Below are positions 1 through 12,250 of a stretch of 64,000 nt of DNA, in pieces. The stretch is from Camelus ferus (Eukaryota), in NCBI RefSeq assembly GCF_009834535.1, contig NC_045696.1, positions 52,454,001 through 52,518,000 on the forward strand. The letters run 5' to 3'. The first letter of the stretch is position 1. Each line of letters begins with the position of its first letter. Made by a program: the position numbers and the translations under genes. Under the pieces are notes generated by a model. It worked only from the letters and a program-made list of their open reading frames with translations. It ran no database searches and was not told the origin of the DNA.

Positions 1-148
1 GCTATTTAATGTAAGTTAATTACAACTGAGTAAAATTAAACATGTAGTTCCTCAGTCACATCAGCCATGTATGGCTAGTGGCTACTGTATTTTACAGTGT
101 GGGTACAGAATATTTATATCATCTCGAAAGGCTCTGTTGGATAGTACT
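1..148 (-). mobile_element. MER3-like hAT-Charlie MITE (cut by window edge)
   Basis: Reverse complement matches MER3 motifs (TGTCCAATAGAACTTTC terminus, GTAGCCACTAGCCAC, GACTGAGGAACT). Confidence 0.75.
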
Positions 149-184
149 AATACACAGAGCTCCCCAAAAGATACTTGGTTGTGC

Positions 185-375
185 TAATGGACTGATTTTA
201 TATCAAAATTGGTTGATTGAGGTTACTAATAAAGCAGAGTTTTGATACCAACCCAGGGCATTAATTTCACATACAGTTTTCTCTTCAGTGGCCATAGAGA
301 TCTCCTTACGCTTATCCAGAAGCATCACAGACATGTGTTAATAGACCCAGGGACTGGAGGAGAGACTATAAAATA
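185..375 (+). mobile_element. MamSINE1-like ancient tRNA SINE, degraded
   Basis: Degenerate tRNA head (ttggtt...tactaataaag) followed by ggccataga...catcacagacatgtg...gggactgg, collinear with the recalled MamSINE1 body. Confidence 0.45.
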
Positions 376-386
376 ATCATTTAATT

Positions 387-600
387 ATTCATTCATTCAT
401 TCATTCAGCAAATACTCATTGAGCACCTGCTATGTTCTGGGCATATGTTTGTTCATGCTAGGTCCACGTGGTACTAAGAGGAAGACACTCTCCTTGGCCT
501 AAAGAAGCTGTATCAGAGCAGACGGAACAAGTCAGGCTGTTTCAGGGCTAACAATAGAAGTACATTCTGTTGGAACACTGTGAAAGGAATTGGGTACCAA
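387..600 (-). mobile_element. L2 3' end fragment
   Basis: (TTCA)n tail plus ttgagcacctgctatgt, the reverse complement of the L2 3' terminus. Confidence 0.65.
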
Positions 601-1994
601 AGAGGAATAATTGGGAATTTTACTTTATTTTTTAAAAAATGGTTCTGTGTTTTTGACGCTTAAGAAGAAGGCGGGTTCCCTGGCAATAAGGGAGAAGAAT
701 CATGTGGAATACTTCTCTTTCATCCCCCATAGAATGTAGCAAAATCCTAAATTCATAATAGGTGGTCAGTATATCAACCGAATAATTTAGTAAGAACCAA
801 TTGCTTAACTTTTTTAGATCTTTAGAGGATTTCTCTTAAAGTAGCTATCTCTTAAAAAAAAAATTTAAAAATTCCCAATCAACTAACGAAGAAAAGGAAT
901 ATGTCAGGATGATTCCTGAAGGTGCAGGGTGGTTGTCTGAGCAGAAGTTAAGGCACACATAGTTTTCTTAAATTTCAATGTATTTTTAATTTACCCTTAT
1001 GTAATGTGAACCAAAAGGGCCTTACGGATATCAAAGGTTCATTTTTTTTTCCCTGCTAATCTTATGATGAACGATAGATGAGTAACAGGGACTGTACTAA
1101 GAGGACAGAGCACTGCATACTGGATTAAAATAGCCTGGATTTGGTAATATCGAAACTCTACTAAGAAAAAAAAAGTGTGAGGAACCAGGAAGATGTGCTA
1201 TAGATTAACAGTTATGGTGAACTGTAGAGTGGGCATCAGCTCTCCTGAACATATTTATGTATTGGGCAGTTTCAAACTATCATTTTTGCACAGAGTTACC
1301 ACCAGATGGATTGTCCAGTTCCTCCTACTCTGTATTAAACAACATGCCTAATGAATATTCAACACTTAGCACATGCAAACTGCACTTGTTGAACCTCTCT
1401 AACAACCACTAATGAGGACATTAGCTTTCAATTAACTATATAAAGCTTTGGGTTTGGACTGGAACATTCATTCAGCCCAGGCATCAATTTGCAGATCATT
1501 ATAGGACATTAGTTGGTTGCTAGACAACCACATGTTCTAGCAGATTTTAGGCTGAGCTCCAATGATAAGCAAGGATCAGATATTTCAACTCTTAAATTGT
1601 GTCTTATTATCTCCTCCACCTGAAATATTCTAACAACTCTATACATCTTACCAGGCAAAGATTTGGGGGAAGCAGCTACTAAGTTCAAATGATGAAATAA
1701 GGTATGAAAAAGTAGGATTTTTATCTTGAAGGCACAGGTAGAAATGCTAGTGTAGCTTGAGACTGGTGATAACCTCAGCCAAACTTCTAAGAGGACTGCC
1801 ACATGGAGCAGAAAAATCTGCTCACAGGAGCATACCATCAGGTATGGTTTTACAGCTTAATTTTAGTGTCATCTTTGGATTTACCAGAGTTTCATGATTA
1901 TTATACTATTGTTTTAAAAATAAAAATTATCTGTGAGAAATATGATTTATAAATATTTTCTACAGTTTTATTTCATTATATACAAGTATTTTCT

Positions 1995-3245
1995 TTTTTT
2001 AACATTTTTTATTGATTTATAATCATTTCACAATGTTGTGTCAAATTCCAGTGTTCAGCACAATTTTTCAGTCATACATGGACATATACACACTCATTGT
2101 CACATTTTTTTCTCTGTGAGCTACCATAACGTTTTGTGTATATTTCCCTGTGCTATACAGTATAATCTTGTTTATCTATTCTACAGTTTTGAAATCCCAG
2201 TCTATCCCTTCCCACCCTCCGCCCCCCTGGCAACCACATGTCTGTATTCTCTGTCTATGAGTCTATTTCTGTCCTGTATTTAATGCTTTGTTTTTGTTTG
2301 TTTGTTTTTTAGATTCCATATATGAGCTATCTCATATGGTATTCTTCTTTCTCTTTTTGGCTTACTTCACTTAGAATGACATTCTCCAGGAGCATCCATG
2401 TTGCTGCAAATGGTGTTATGTTGTCGGTTTTTATGGCTGAGTAGTATTCCATTGTATAAATATACAACATCTTCTTTATCCAGTCACCTGTTGATGGACA
2501 TTTAGGCTGTTTCCATTTTTTGGCTATTGTAAATACTGCTGCTATGAACATTGGGGTGCAGGTGTCATCCTGAAGTAGGGTTCCTTCTGGATACAAGCAC
2601 AGGAGAGGGATTCCTGGGTCATACAGTAAGTCTATTCCTAGTCTTTTGAGGAATCTCCACACTGTTTTCCATAGTGGCTGCACCAAACTGCATTCCCACC
2701 AGCAGTGTAGGAGGGTTCCCCTTTCTCCACAGCCTCTCCAGCATTTGTCATTTGTGGATTTTTGAATGATGGCCATTCTGACTGGTGTGAGGTGATACCT
2801 CATTGTAGTTTTGATTTGCATTTCTCTGATAATTAGTGATATTGAGCATTTTTTCATGTGCTTTTTGATCATTTGTATGTCTTCCTTGGAGAACTGCTTG
2901 TTTAGGTCTTCTGCCCATTTTTGGATTGGGTTGCTTATTTTTTTCTTATTGAGTCGTATGAGCTGCTTATATATTCTGGAGATCAAGCCTTTGTCGGTTT
3001 CATTTGCAAAAATTTTCTCCCGTTCCGTACGTTGTCTTCTTGTTTTACTTCTGGTTTCCTTTGCTGTGCAGAAGCTTGTAAGTTTCATTAGGTCCCATTT
3101 GTTTATTCTTGCTTTTATTTCTACTAGGAGAAAATTTTTGAAATGTATGTCAGATAATGCTTTGCCTATGTTTTCCTCTAGGAGGTTTATTGTATCTTGT
3201 CTTATGTTTAAGTCTTTGATCCATTTTGAAAAATCAACTCAAAAT
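1995..3245 (-). mobile_element. Young 5'-truncated LINE-1 (camelid-type) with 18-bp TSD
   Basis: Poly(T) at left, L1 3' UTR, uninterrupted ORF2 C-terminus. Direct repeat TATATACAAGTATTTTCT at 1977-1994 and 3245-3262. Confidence 0.95.
2327..3088 (-). pseudogene. LINE-1 ORF2p C-terminal fragment (253 aa open frame, includes CCHC knuckle)
   Basis: Typical ORF2 motifs: [41 protein letters not shown] (C-X3-C-X7-H-X4-C), [17 protein letters not shown]. No EN or RT, so non-autonomous. Confidence 0.93.
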
Positions 3246-3624
3246 ATATACAAGTATTTTCTATACATATGCCTGTGATATTATTGTGGAACCAAAGTAA
3301 AAAATAGAATATAATATGAATATTACTTTGTTAAAGCAGATTGCTCTACCTCAGTGATCTACTATTTAGCTGAGTGTTTCTACAAGTAAATCTTAATAAG
3401 CTGATCTCCCAGATTGTGTAAAATGTCTAGAAGACAGAGTTGACAAGTTGAAAAGGGGCAAATAACTTGTTTTGTTTTTCTTATACATTTGAGTCAGGTT
3501 TGCAAATTTTGTGAGGCTTGTCTGTAGAGTGCCAGTCATAGTTGTGGCCTCTGAGATTGTTCTAAAGTTTTTATTTTATTTATTCCATGAAGCAGGCTAT
3601 AGGCCCTGTCTGTTCTTTCCCTGC

Positions 3625-4083
3625 TGTTAAGGGTTGAATCATATTTCTCCAAAATTCGTATGTTGACTTTCTAACCTCCAGTACCTCAGAATGTGACCTT
3701 ATTTGGAAATAGGTTTATTGCAGAAATAATTGGTTAGGATGAAGCCGTGTTGAAGTAGAGTAGAGTCCTAATACAATATGACTGATGTTCCTGTAAAAAG
3801 GGGAAATTTGGATACAGGCACACACACAGGGAGAACGCCATGCGAAGACAAAGGCAGAGATCGCAGTGATGCTTCCGTGAGCCAAGGAACGGCAAAGATT
3901 GCCAGAAAATCACCACAAGTTTAGAGGCATAGAACAGAATCTTTTCTATAGCCCTCAGAAGGAAGCATTCTGTGGACACTTTGAGCTTGGTCTAGACTTC
4001 AGAAATGTAAAATGATAAATTTCTATTGTTTAAGCTACCCAGTTTTAGGTACTTTGTTGTGGTGGACCTAGCTAACTAACACA
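3625..4083 (+). mobile_element. MLT1 (MaLR) solo LTR, MLT1A/B-like
   Basis: TG...CA ends, cagtacctcagaatgtgaccttatttggaaatagg motif, gtttaagctacccagt near the 3' end. Flanks CCTGC/CCTGT (4/5 TSD). Confidence 0.88.
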
Positions 4084-5869
4084 CCTGTAGTAGTAAAGTG
4101 AGCAAATCCATATTCATTTTCTGAGGTAGTCAGCTCTCCCAAGTGTCCTGCACTGAAGTAAAGCTTCAGGCTACTAGCCATAACACTTTCAAAATGTAGA
4201 GGAGATAGAATCAATAGACTTAGACGCTGCTGCAAATTTGTTTGTGTCATCCATCAATAATATAGCCCTTGTGACTGATCCATATTAAATTCATTCCAGA
4301 AAGCTATTTTCAATGATATCTAAAGAAGCCACCCCCTCTATTCATTTTCAGAAGCAGGTGTCAGCACTGCCTAAAACCCACGCTGATCTCCTTCCAGTAG
4401 CCTCCTCTGCTTTGAGGGAGCAGAGAAGGACCTGATAAAAGGCTGGTTAAAAAGATTTGCCATTGACCAGGGCACTTTTCTATGTATAACTGAAAGCACC
4501 TAAGACATCTTTAGTCCATTAGTGTAAGCCACACCTGCCAGAAGCTCATTGGCAATTAAAAGTTACACGACACTGAATGTCCCCAGTGAGTCCTATAAGG
4601 TAGAGAGATAAACACACACTGAATGGAAAAGGTCAGTGCATTATGATGCTCTTTGCATTTGATTCAAGGCCCTGAATGAGCTCCATGGCCATTTACTGCC
4701 AGTATTATTGCTATCTGGGGTTGGTCTCCTTTGAAGCAGTTTCCTAAGATTGTTCATCATACATAGTAACTGCTTAGAAAAATCTGTTGATGGAATCAGT
4801 GGAGGTGGAGCCTACTATAATTCCCTACAGATGGACTCTGGATTCACCCCTAAGCTCTACCTTTGTTCCTTTTTAAGAGCGCTTAACTGGGCGTTAGCAC
4901 TGTGTGATCCCACTGTCTTACAAAATAAAGTTCTTATCTCCCCTGCCACAAGCTTGACCTATTACTATACCTCATATCTCTCTGATTTGGCATCAAGTTG
5001 TACCTCATTCCTCAAAATGTGTCAAAATTCACCTAGTTCATGGTCCATTTGACAGATATCGCTGACCGTGTGTTTACTCAGTTGCAAAAATAAGTTTTAT
5101 ATGTTGATCAAAATTTGGTGGACACATAAGCTGCAGCACAGATTGAGTGCAACTGATTTATTGTTTGTTGGGATTTAGATTCATTTAATCTCTCCAGAAG
5201 GAGCCCTAGAACCCCTTCAGTTTATGTTATTAATTAGCCACTCTAATTGTTGCCATATGCGTATCCAGATAATCAGCATAAGCACACACACTCAGCATCA
5301 TTCTGTACACTAAAGCAGCAGCAATGGAGACTGGAGCTCAGAATTCACAACTGAGACCCCCAGTGAAAGGACAGCAGTGAATTAGCAGACACATAAGGCC
5401 AGCAGTTTTTTGCTGGTTATTCTACTAAGAAGGCTATGATTAGTCAAAATGCATCTGGTTATTTCCTCTCTTGATCTAGACAGCAGAATCCTTATAATTC
5501 ACTTCTGTGACATGGTGAATGATAGCGCCCTGTCATTCGAAGGACTTGGAGTGACATAGACTTATGGGAAGATAGAGGTCAAGTTGTCTTGGCCTTTGAA
5601 CACAACAAACATGGCACCGGTGACCCATCATCGATGCACATGTTTACCTTTGTTTATCCAGTGTTCAGGATGGGTTTCTCCTTAGCTAGTTTACATATTC
5701 TCATTTGGTATCTTTTAAAACCACACTTTGGATATGTAAGGCTCCAGTCTGAATTTGGAGGATGGAGAGGGTCAGGCTTTCACCTAGATTAAAGCCACTC
5801 AAGATAATGATCAACCTCATGGCCTTGGCCTCATCAGTGTGAAGTTCTCATCTGAGAGGAGCATGAAAA

Positions 5870-6023
5870 GTAGAATAACCATGATTCTCAGAGTCAGACA
5901 CACCTGGAGTGTTGTGTCTGCTACTTACTCACAAGCTATATCTCATTGAAAAACTTATTTAAACTCTCTCAGTAACTCAATTTCCTTTGATTTACACTCA
6001 GGCTAGTAATAGTACCTTCCTCC

Positions 6024-6065
<42 letters not shown>

Positions 6066-6145
6066 TGAGACAGCATATGTTAAACAGAATCATATATGGT
6101 AAAGTATCTGCCACAGTGCCTGGCACAAAGCAGGTGTTCAATTGC
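5870..6145 (+). mobile_element. MIR SINE interrupted by (TG)n
   Basis: gagtcagacacacctgg, acttatttaaactctct core, acagtgcctggcaca tail. Confidence 0.7.
6026..6064. repeat. (GT)n microsatellite
   Basis: Direct reading. Confidence 0.97.
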
Positions 6146-7139
6146 TAATCCCCTTTTCTTCTTTATTTATCACCAAACCAGGATGCTGGAAATGTTCTCT
6201 CTGACTCATAGTCCTGCTTGCAAAAACGCTGTCCACTTTAAATCAGAAACACATAAACAAATAAATATCCAACTTAGATTCTTTTTAAATCAATAAAAAT
6301 AAATTTCACCTTTATGAGACCTTTAACTGCTGAACGGCAGAGACCCGGTTGTTTTTTTAGCCACTGCATAATTATTACAGTGTGATCTGGAAGAGAGGTG
6401 GATACTTTGCTGAAATACAAATGTTGTAGATGCTTTGAGTACATGAATAATGCATTCCAGTTACTATCTGTCTGCTAGAAAAATGTCATTTTTAAGACCA
6501 AGATCTGGGGAATCATCAGAAGATACGAGGATTGATCATGAATAAACCTCTTCCCAATTTAATGTATATTATGCTGTGTTCCCCTTTACTCGATGTTATG
6601 CATTTTCTTTGTTAGCAAAATAGAGATTACGTCATAGGTAGCAAGACACTGGCACAGGTGTTTGTTATGAGAAAGGGCTTGTTTCTGTCTTGTCTTTATT
6701 TAGACAGAAGGTCCTCAAGGATCTTGTGCTATTTTGTAGTCTTTCCTCTTACCTGGCATAGTGCTGGCCACATAGGAAGTAAATTCTCAGTGATTAGAAC
6801 TGAATGAGTCAGAACACAGAATTATGACCAAGAATAAAAGAGCAGGATGAATCAGAGAGGAGTGAGAGGAGCAGGGTTTGAATGGTGAAGTAGGAAGAAG
6901 AGGAAGGAGAGGCTAATGTGTAGGGTTAGTAACTGCTCTGGGGATGGGAGCTGTTTAGAGAAGCAGACCTACTAGAATCCAACAATCCATGTCTGAAACA
7001 TCAGCCAAAAAATTCCTATCTTATTCTGTTCTGTGGAAGTAGAAAGGGATCTAACAGTACGTATTTACCTATTCATATTAGCCTCCTCACCTCCTTCTGA
7101 TTTTAGATCAAGTATAAACTTACCAGTGTGTTCTTCTCT

Positions 7140-7720
7140 GATGAACCTTCTTAAAATCCATCACTGCCACCCTGCAGTCTATCCTTGCATTCCCCATACT
7201 TTTCATTATTTTAATCCTTTTCTCCATAGCACATACTTATTATAATCCAACATACTATATGTTATGTATACCTGCTTTATAGTGTTGGCTCTATAATTGC
7301 AGGGTATTTCCCCCCACTGTTACATGTTTAGCACACAGAACAGTATCTGGAACTCAGCAGATGCTCAATATGTGTTGAGTAAGTGAAAGAATGAACTAAT
7401 GAATGGATGGATGAGTTGAGTGTCTACCGAATCCCTGGTACTGTTCTAACTGGGTACTGGGGATATAAAGACAAGGCAGTCTCCTTGCCCTTGAAGTGCT
7501 TATAGAGTGGACAATGAAAACATTAGTCTCTAAAAATTACAGTCAATCTCTTGAGCATTTTGGTAGAGGTAAGTGTGGGTTTCTGTGGGAACACATAGAA
7601 AGGACCTCTAACCTGGTTTCATTAGAACATGGGAGGCTCCAGGAAGTGTTCCTTGAATGACTGAAGTCTGAACTGGGACCTGGAGAATGAATAGAAGTTA
7701 GCTGGATACTAAGAGGGAAA
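7140..7720. mobile_element. Two L2 3' fragments, tail to tail (+ then -)
   Basis: The + copy ends tagcacacag...ctcaatatgtgttgagt...aatgaatgg. The - copy starts ttgagtgtctacc...ctggggatataaag. Confidence 0.6.
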
Positions 7721-8134
7721 AAGGCCCTAATCAAGCAATATATGGCTTGAATGCAAACAGTTGCATTTTGAAAGGTTAAATGCAATAATCAGTTAACCAA
7801 AATGATAAACTTAACTGGTTTGTGCAGGCCTTAATAGGCAAAGAGAAACTGGCCATCAGAAGTGTGATGGAATGATAGCTTCTGAAGCCAAACATTGAAG
7901 ATGAAGCCCTAGATTAGGCACCCCAAAATTAAGGCAGATGCCAAATGGCAATGGGAAGAAATCAAAGAAGATAATGGGCATTCCATTTCCCTTGTTAGAG
8001 AATACATTAGGAATTTTAATACTTCAATGAAGAGATTATCTAATTCAGATTAGAAAAAGCAAACTTGTACAGCTTTTGACGTCCAAGACTGTGAAGGTAC
8101 CAGCCATGTAAGAAAAAAATCATCTACTTTGAGC

Positions 8135-8540
8135 CCATGGTGTGTTGGAGTCAGCTGTTCAGCTCATAAGATCCAGTACTTAAACTTTCAGAAATCCTGT
8201 GAACCAGTTGTTAAACATCCATCATTAAAAATTAAATTATATAAAGTTTCAATTAAATAAATTATATTAAAACTAAGATGATAAGTACTCCAAACTTGTT
8301 TTACTGCATTTTACTATTAGCTTTGCTCTTGAGCAGATTTATATCTATTAAATCTGTATGGTGGAAATACTTTGGAATGAAGTACTGCTGTGCATCTAAA
8401 ACCCTGAATTCAGTGACATGTTGGTAGCTAGAAGCCAGCCATGTTGGAAGTATTTACTGCATGGAAATTGGCAAACACCCAGAATCGTGTGTCTCTCTGC
8501 CCAGAGAGCTAGTCATTAAACATTTTCATGCATGTCACTG
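8135..8540 (+). mobile_element. MER63-like hAT-Blackjack element
   Basis: Degenerate CAGTGGTGTGCTGG TIRs and internal attaaaaattaaattatataa and tctgtatggtggaaatact. 8-bp TSD CTTTGAGC/CTTTGAAC. Confidence 0.85.
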
Positions 8541-10179
8541 CTTTGAACCCAGAGACCTAATAGTTTGAGAGTCTGAGGGCTGAGTTTGTCAGACTCAGCC
8601 CACAGAGTTGACCTTTGTCATAACTGTAGTTGCTCAATACTCTTTAGTGCTTTTCATACATTTTAGTAATTTCCTATAGCATCTTAAGAGTCCAAAATGC
8701 CTCTCCCACCTCCCTTGCCACAGGCATGTGACCTAAGAAGGGGGTGCTGCTTAGAATCTCTGTTGCTAGCAGGGCTGGTGGATTGTGGTAGAGAGATATG
8801 GAGAGTCGGGGGCAGTGGTGAAGCTGCTCCTCTGATGGCCTTCTGGGTCCCCTGGGCTGAAAGAACTGTGCTGTCTGCTTGTGCCCTGTGAAGGGTGGAT
8901 CACATATTCAGGGAACTGAACAATTGATCTGGCTCTTATTCAGAGCTAAGCATCCCAAGAGCTGAGCCTCAGCCTGATTTCCTGGCTGTGTGCTTCTGGG
9001 AATCCTGTGATCTTTCTCTTTCATCAGTTTATCTTCAGCTTGAAATCGCTAGATGGCTTCTGAGATTTGAAGCAAAGACCCTGGGTTAATGCAGCAGCTT
9101 ATTTCTATTTTAGCACAGAATAAATGAAACTACAATTGTTTAAACTTTGATATTATAGAACAAAAATACAATTGTATAGCATAGATTAAAATCTTTACTA
9201 CCAATTTATTTATATTTTTATTAAAAGTTAAAAAATGTAGGAGTACATATTACCATGACTCGTCACTGCTAACACGATTTTTCTTCCTCTCTCTTTTTGT
9301 ATGCAGTATATGTTTTAATGAGAGCAAGTTCACACTGTTTATATTGTATTGCATTATATACATTAGTGGTATTAGCTATGTATATTTAATAAGCGTTACC
9401 TGCATTTGTCTTTCTAAATCAAAATTGTATTTATTTCTCAATTTAGATATAATTTATATGAGGACTTGCTTTTGAATCTATTTCTTCTGAAGTTCTGCTA
9501 AGTTTTTGATTTGAGGAGAGACAGTCTGATATCCTGGAACAAGCATGGACTTTGGAATTCGTGTATTCATTCTTTATTTATTTAACAGATGATTGTTGAG
9601 TATCTACCATGCATAAGCACTGTTGCCAAATGATAGAGATACAATAGTGAGTACATAGTCAAAAACCCTTGTCTTCAAGGAGCCTATACTTTGATAGGGG
9701 AGATGGACAATGCAGTGAATGAGTAATTATGATAGAGAGTATAGTAAGGGTGATAAGGTACCCTGGGAGAAAAATAAAGGGAAATGCCGGGGGGTTGGGA
9801 AGGTGCGTACAGTTCTAAGTAGGGTAATTAGAGTAGGACTCATTGATAATGTGACAACTGAGCCAGGACTTATAGGTGAGGGAGTTGCTGGGGAAGAGAA
9901 TTCTGGGCAGGGAGAGGAGCTAGTGGAAAGGCCTGGGGTAGGATCTTGTCTGTATTATTTGAGATACACTGAGGAGGCCAGTGTGGCTGAAGTGGAAAGA
10001 GCAAGGGGGACAGTAGTAGTAGATGTAGATGAAAGAGATGAAGAGGAAAGTCTGGATCATTTAGGATTGTTGGCCACGACAAGGAATATGGCTCTTACAC
10101 TGAGTGAAATGGGAAGACATTGGATTATTTTGAGCCCGAATAGAAACATGATTTCATTTATGTTTTGATAGTCTCACTT

Positions 10180-10350
10180 TGACTTCTGCTAATTCAGAGT
10201 GTTGTCTGTGAACCAGGAACATCGGCATCTCCTGGAGCATGTTAGGAATAGAGACTCTCAGGCCCACCCCATATCTGCGAAATCAGAATCTGTCCTTAAC
10301 AAGATCCCCAGATGATCTGTATGCACAATACAGCTTGAGAAACAGTAATG
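10180..10350. mobile_element. MER5A-like hAT MITE inside L2
   Basis: catcggcatctcctggag...ctcaggcccacccc...tcagaatctg...aacaagatccccagatgat. Confidence 0.8.
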
Positions 10351-10617
10351 CAGACTGAGGGGAGGGGTAAGAGAAACATCCAGGGAAGAGTAAGATGCTC
10401 TTGCTGTACTCCTGGTAGGAGATGATAACAGCATCGGCCAGGGTAGTGTCAATGGAGGTGAAGAGAAGAAAAACTGAATGCGAGGTGTAAAAGAAGTGGC
10501 AAACCAAAGATGACTTCACAGCTTTTGGCTGAAGCAAGTGGAAGGATGGAGCTCTCATTACCTGAGCTGTGGAAAGAAAACAAGTGGAACAGATTTGGTC
10601 AAATTATGCTTAACATG

Positions 10618-10931
10618 TGTGATGGTTAATTGTATGTGTTGACTTGGAGGGTGTTTTTGGATGAGAGTAACATTTAAATTGGTAAACTTTGGATTAAGAA
10701 GATCACCCTCCATAATGTAGATGGGCTTTATCCAGTCAGTTGAAGGCCTGAATAAAACAGAAAGTCTAGCTTCCCCCAGAAAGAGGGAATTCTCTGACAG
10801 ACTGCTTTCAGACTTCATCTTTATCTGCACAATTGGCTCTCTCAGGTCTCTGCCTACCAGCCCACACTGTAGATTTGGATTTGCTAGCCTCCATGATCAT
10901 ATGAGCTAATCCTCCAATTCCTTGTAATAAA

Positions 10932-10993
<62 letters not shown>

Positions 10994-11031
10994 TTTTGGG
11001 TCTGTTACTCTGGAGAGCCCTAACTAATACA
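10618..11031 (+). mobile_element. MLT2 (ERVL) solo LTR with internal (GT)n
   Basis: TGTGATGGTTAAT start, ccagtcagttgaaggcctgaata, CTAATACA end. Flanks ACATG/AGATG. (GT)n at about 10935-10988. Confidence 0.9.
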
Positions 11032-11569
11032 AGATGTTAAATAGTTATGTAAGTCTAAAGTTTAGGGAAAGACCAAGTCTCCAGACATAAAAACATTGAG
11101 AATCACCAGCATAATCTAAATTGAAAGTCACTGAATTAAATAAAATCACTAAGGAAGTGAGGTAGATAGAGAAGGGAGGAAGCCAAAAGGACTAAATTCT
11201 GGGGCCCTCCGATGTTAAGAGGTCAGAGAGAAAAGAAGAAATCAGCAAGAGTTGAAAAAGAGAGGTCAAGGAAGAGGAGAAAAACCAGGTGAATGTGAAG
11301 CCCGGAAGCCAAGTGAAGAAGTGTTTCAACAAAGAGGTTGTGACTGATGTGTCTAATGCTATTGATAAATTAGGAATATGAAGACTGAGAGTTACACCTA
11401 CCGATATGGAGGTCTGAGATGACCTTGATGAGGTCAGTGTCCGTGGAGCAGTGGAATCTGGAAAACCTGACTGGAGTGAGTTTAGGGGAGAATGATTAGG
11501 TAATTTAATATGTATATATGAAGCTTTTACTTATTTTTAAATTATTTTTAAAATCAGTGACTTTTATTG

Positions 11570-11700
11570 GAATTCATGAATCAATATTGATACATTATTA
11601 TTAGCTAGAGTCTATAGTTTACATTAGGGTTCACTCTTTGTATTATATAGGTCCATGAGTTTTGACAAATCTATAATGTCCATGAATCCATCATTTAATC
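11570..11700 (-). mobile_element. L1MC-type 3' UTR fragment
   Basis: atagtttacattagggttcactctt...ttttgacaaat is the reverse complement of an L1MC 3' UTR motif. Confidence 0.7.
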
Positions 11701-12039
11701 CATTCATTAAATTTTTGAATCACAGATCAACTGCTTACTAGCTGTGTGACCTTGAGCAAATGACTTCAAACACTGAATCTCCATAAATTGTTATACTTAA
11801 ATAAGATGAAAATGCCTGTCATAATTACCAGCATCTATTAAGTGTTAATACCCTTCCACTCTCTTTTGAATGGAAACCAGGAGGTACAACCAAATACTTA
11901 ACAGTTTGATTAAAATTCAACCTTACAATTTTATAATAATTTAAATGTTTTCAGCTTAATGTGACTTTTTAAAATTTAATTTCAGAGCATCTATCTTTCC
12001 CAAATAACTGTTTTACTACTATAATTGTTAGTATTTGGT

Positions 12040-12250
12040 TCAGATGACTGCTGGTGCAGGGTGATAAAGAGGCCAAGTCATCAGTTGATCTTTATATGGG
12101 TCAGTTAGTTCTACAATAAAAAATGGTTACATTGCCACAGATAACGTATCTCACCGAACCTGGCCATCCATCTCTCTGATAGACTGAAAGAGGCCTCAGC
12201 CTGCGCATACATATATCCCAGTATAATCTTATCACTTTTAGAAAAACGAC
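12040..12250 (+). mobile_element. MamSINE1-like fragment
   Basis: gaggccaagtc...ttgatc...tatgggtcagttag...gccacaga...cctggcca...ttagaaaaac. Confidence 0.5.

Larger units (their letters stand above)
9566..11490 (-). mobile_element. L2 (L2a-like) long fragment hosting nested elements
   Basis: L2 tail at 9566-9620 and purine-rich L2 3' region motifs (gaggaggccagtgtggctg, ggaagccaagtgaagaa). Confidence 0.8.

Noticed and set aside
1731..1841. Exon-like segment between TTTTATCTTGAAG and CAG|GTATGG
   Set aside because: Stops in all three frames. It could only be non-coding and there is no supporting evidence.
2811..3278. 155-aa + strand ORF (and similar ORFs at 59228-60437)
   Set aside because: These are antisense shadows of L1 ORF2 sequence, not independent genes.
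9719..10168. 149-aa ORF
   Set aside because: Lies in the purine-rich antisense strand of an L2 fragment.
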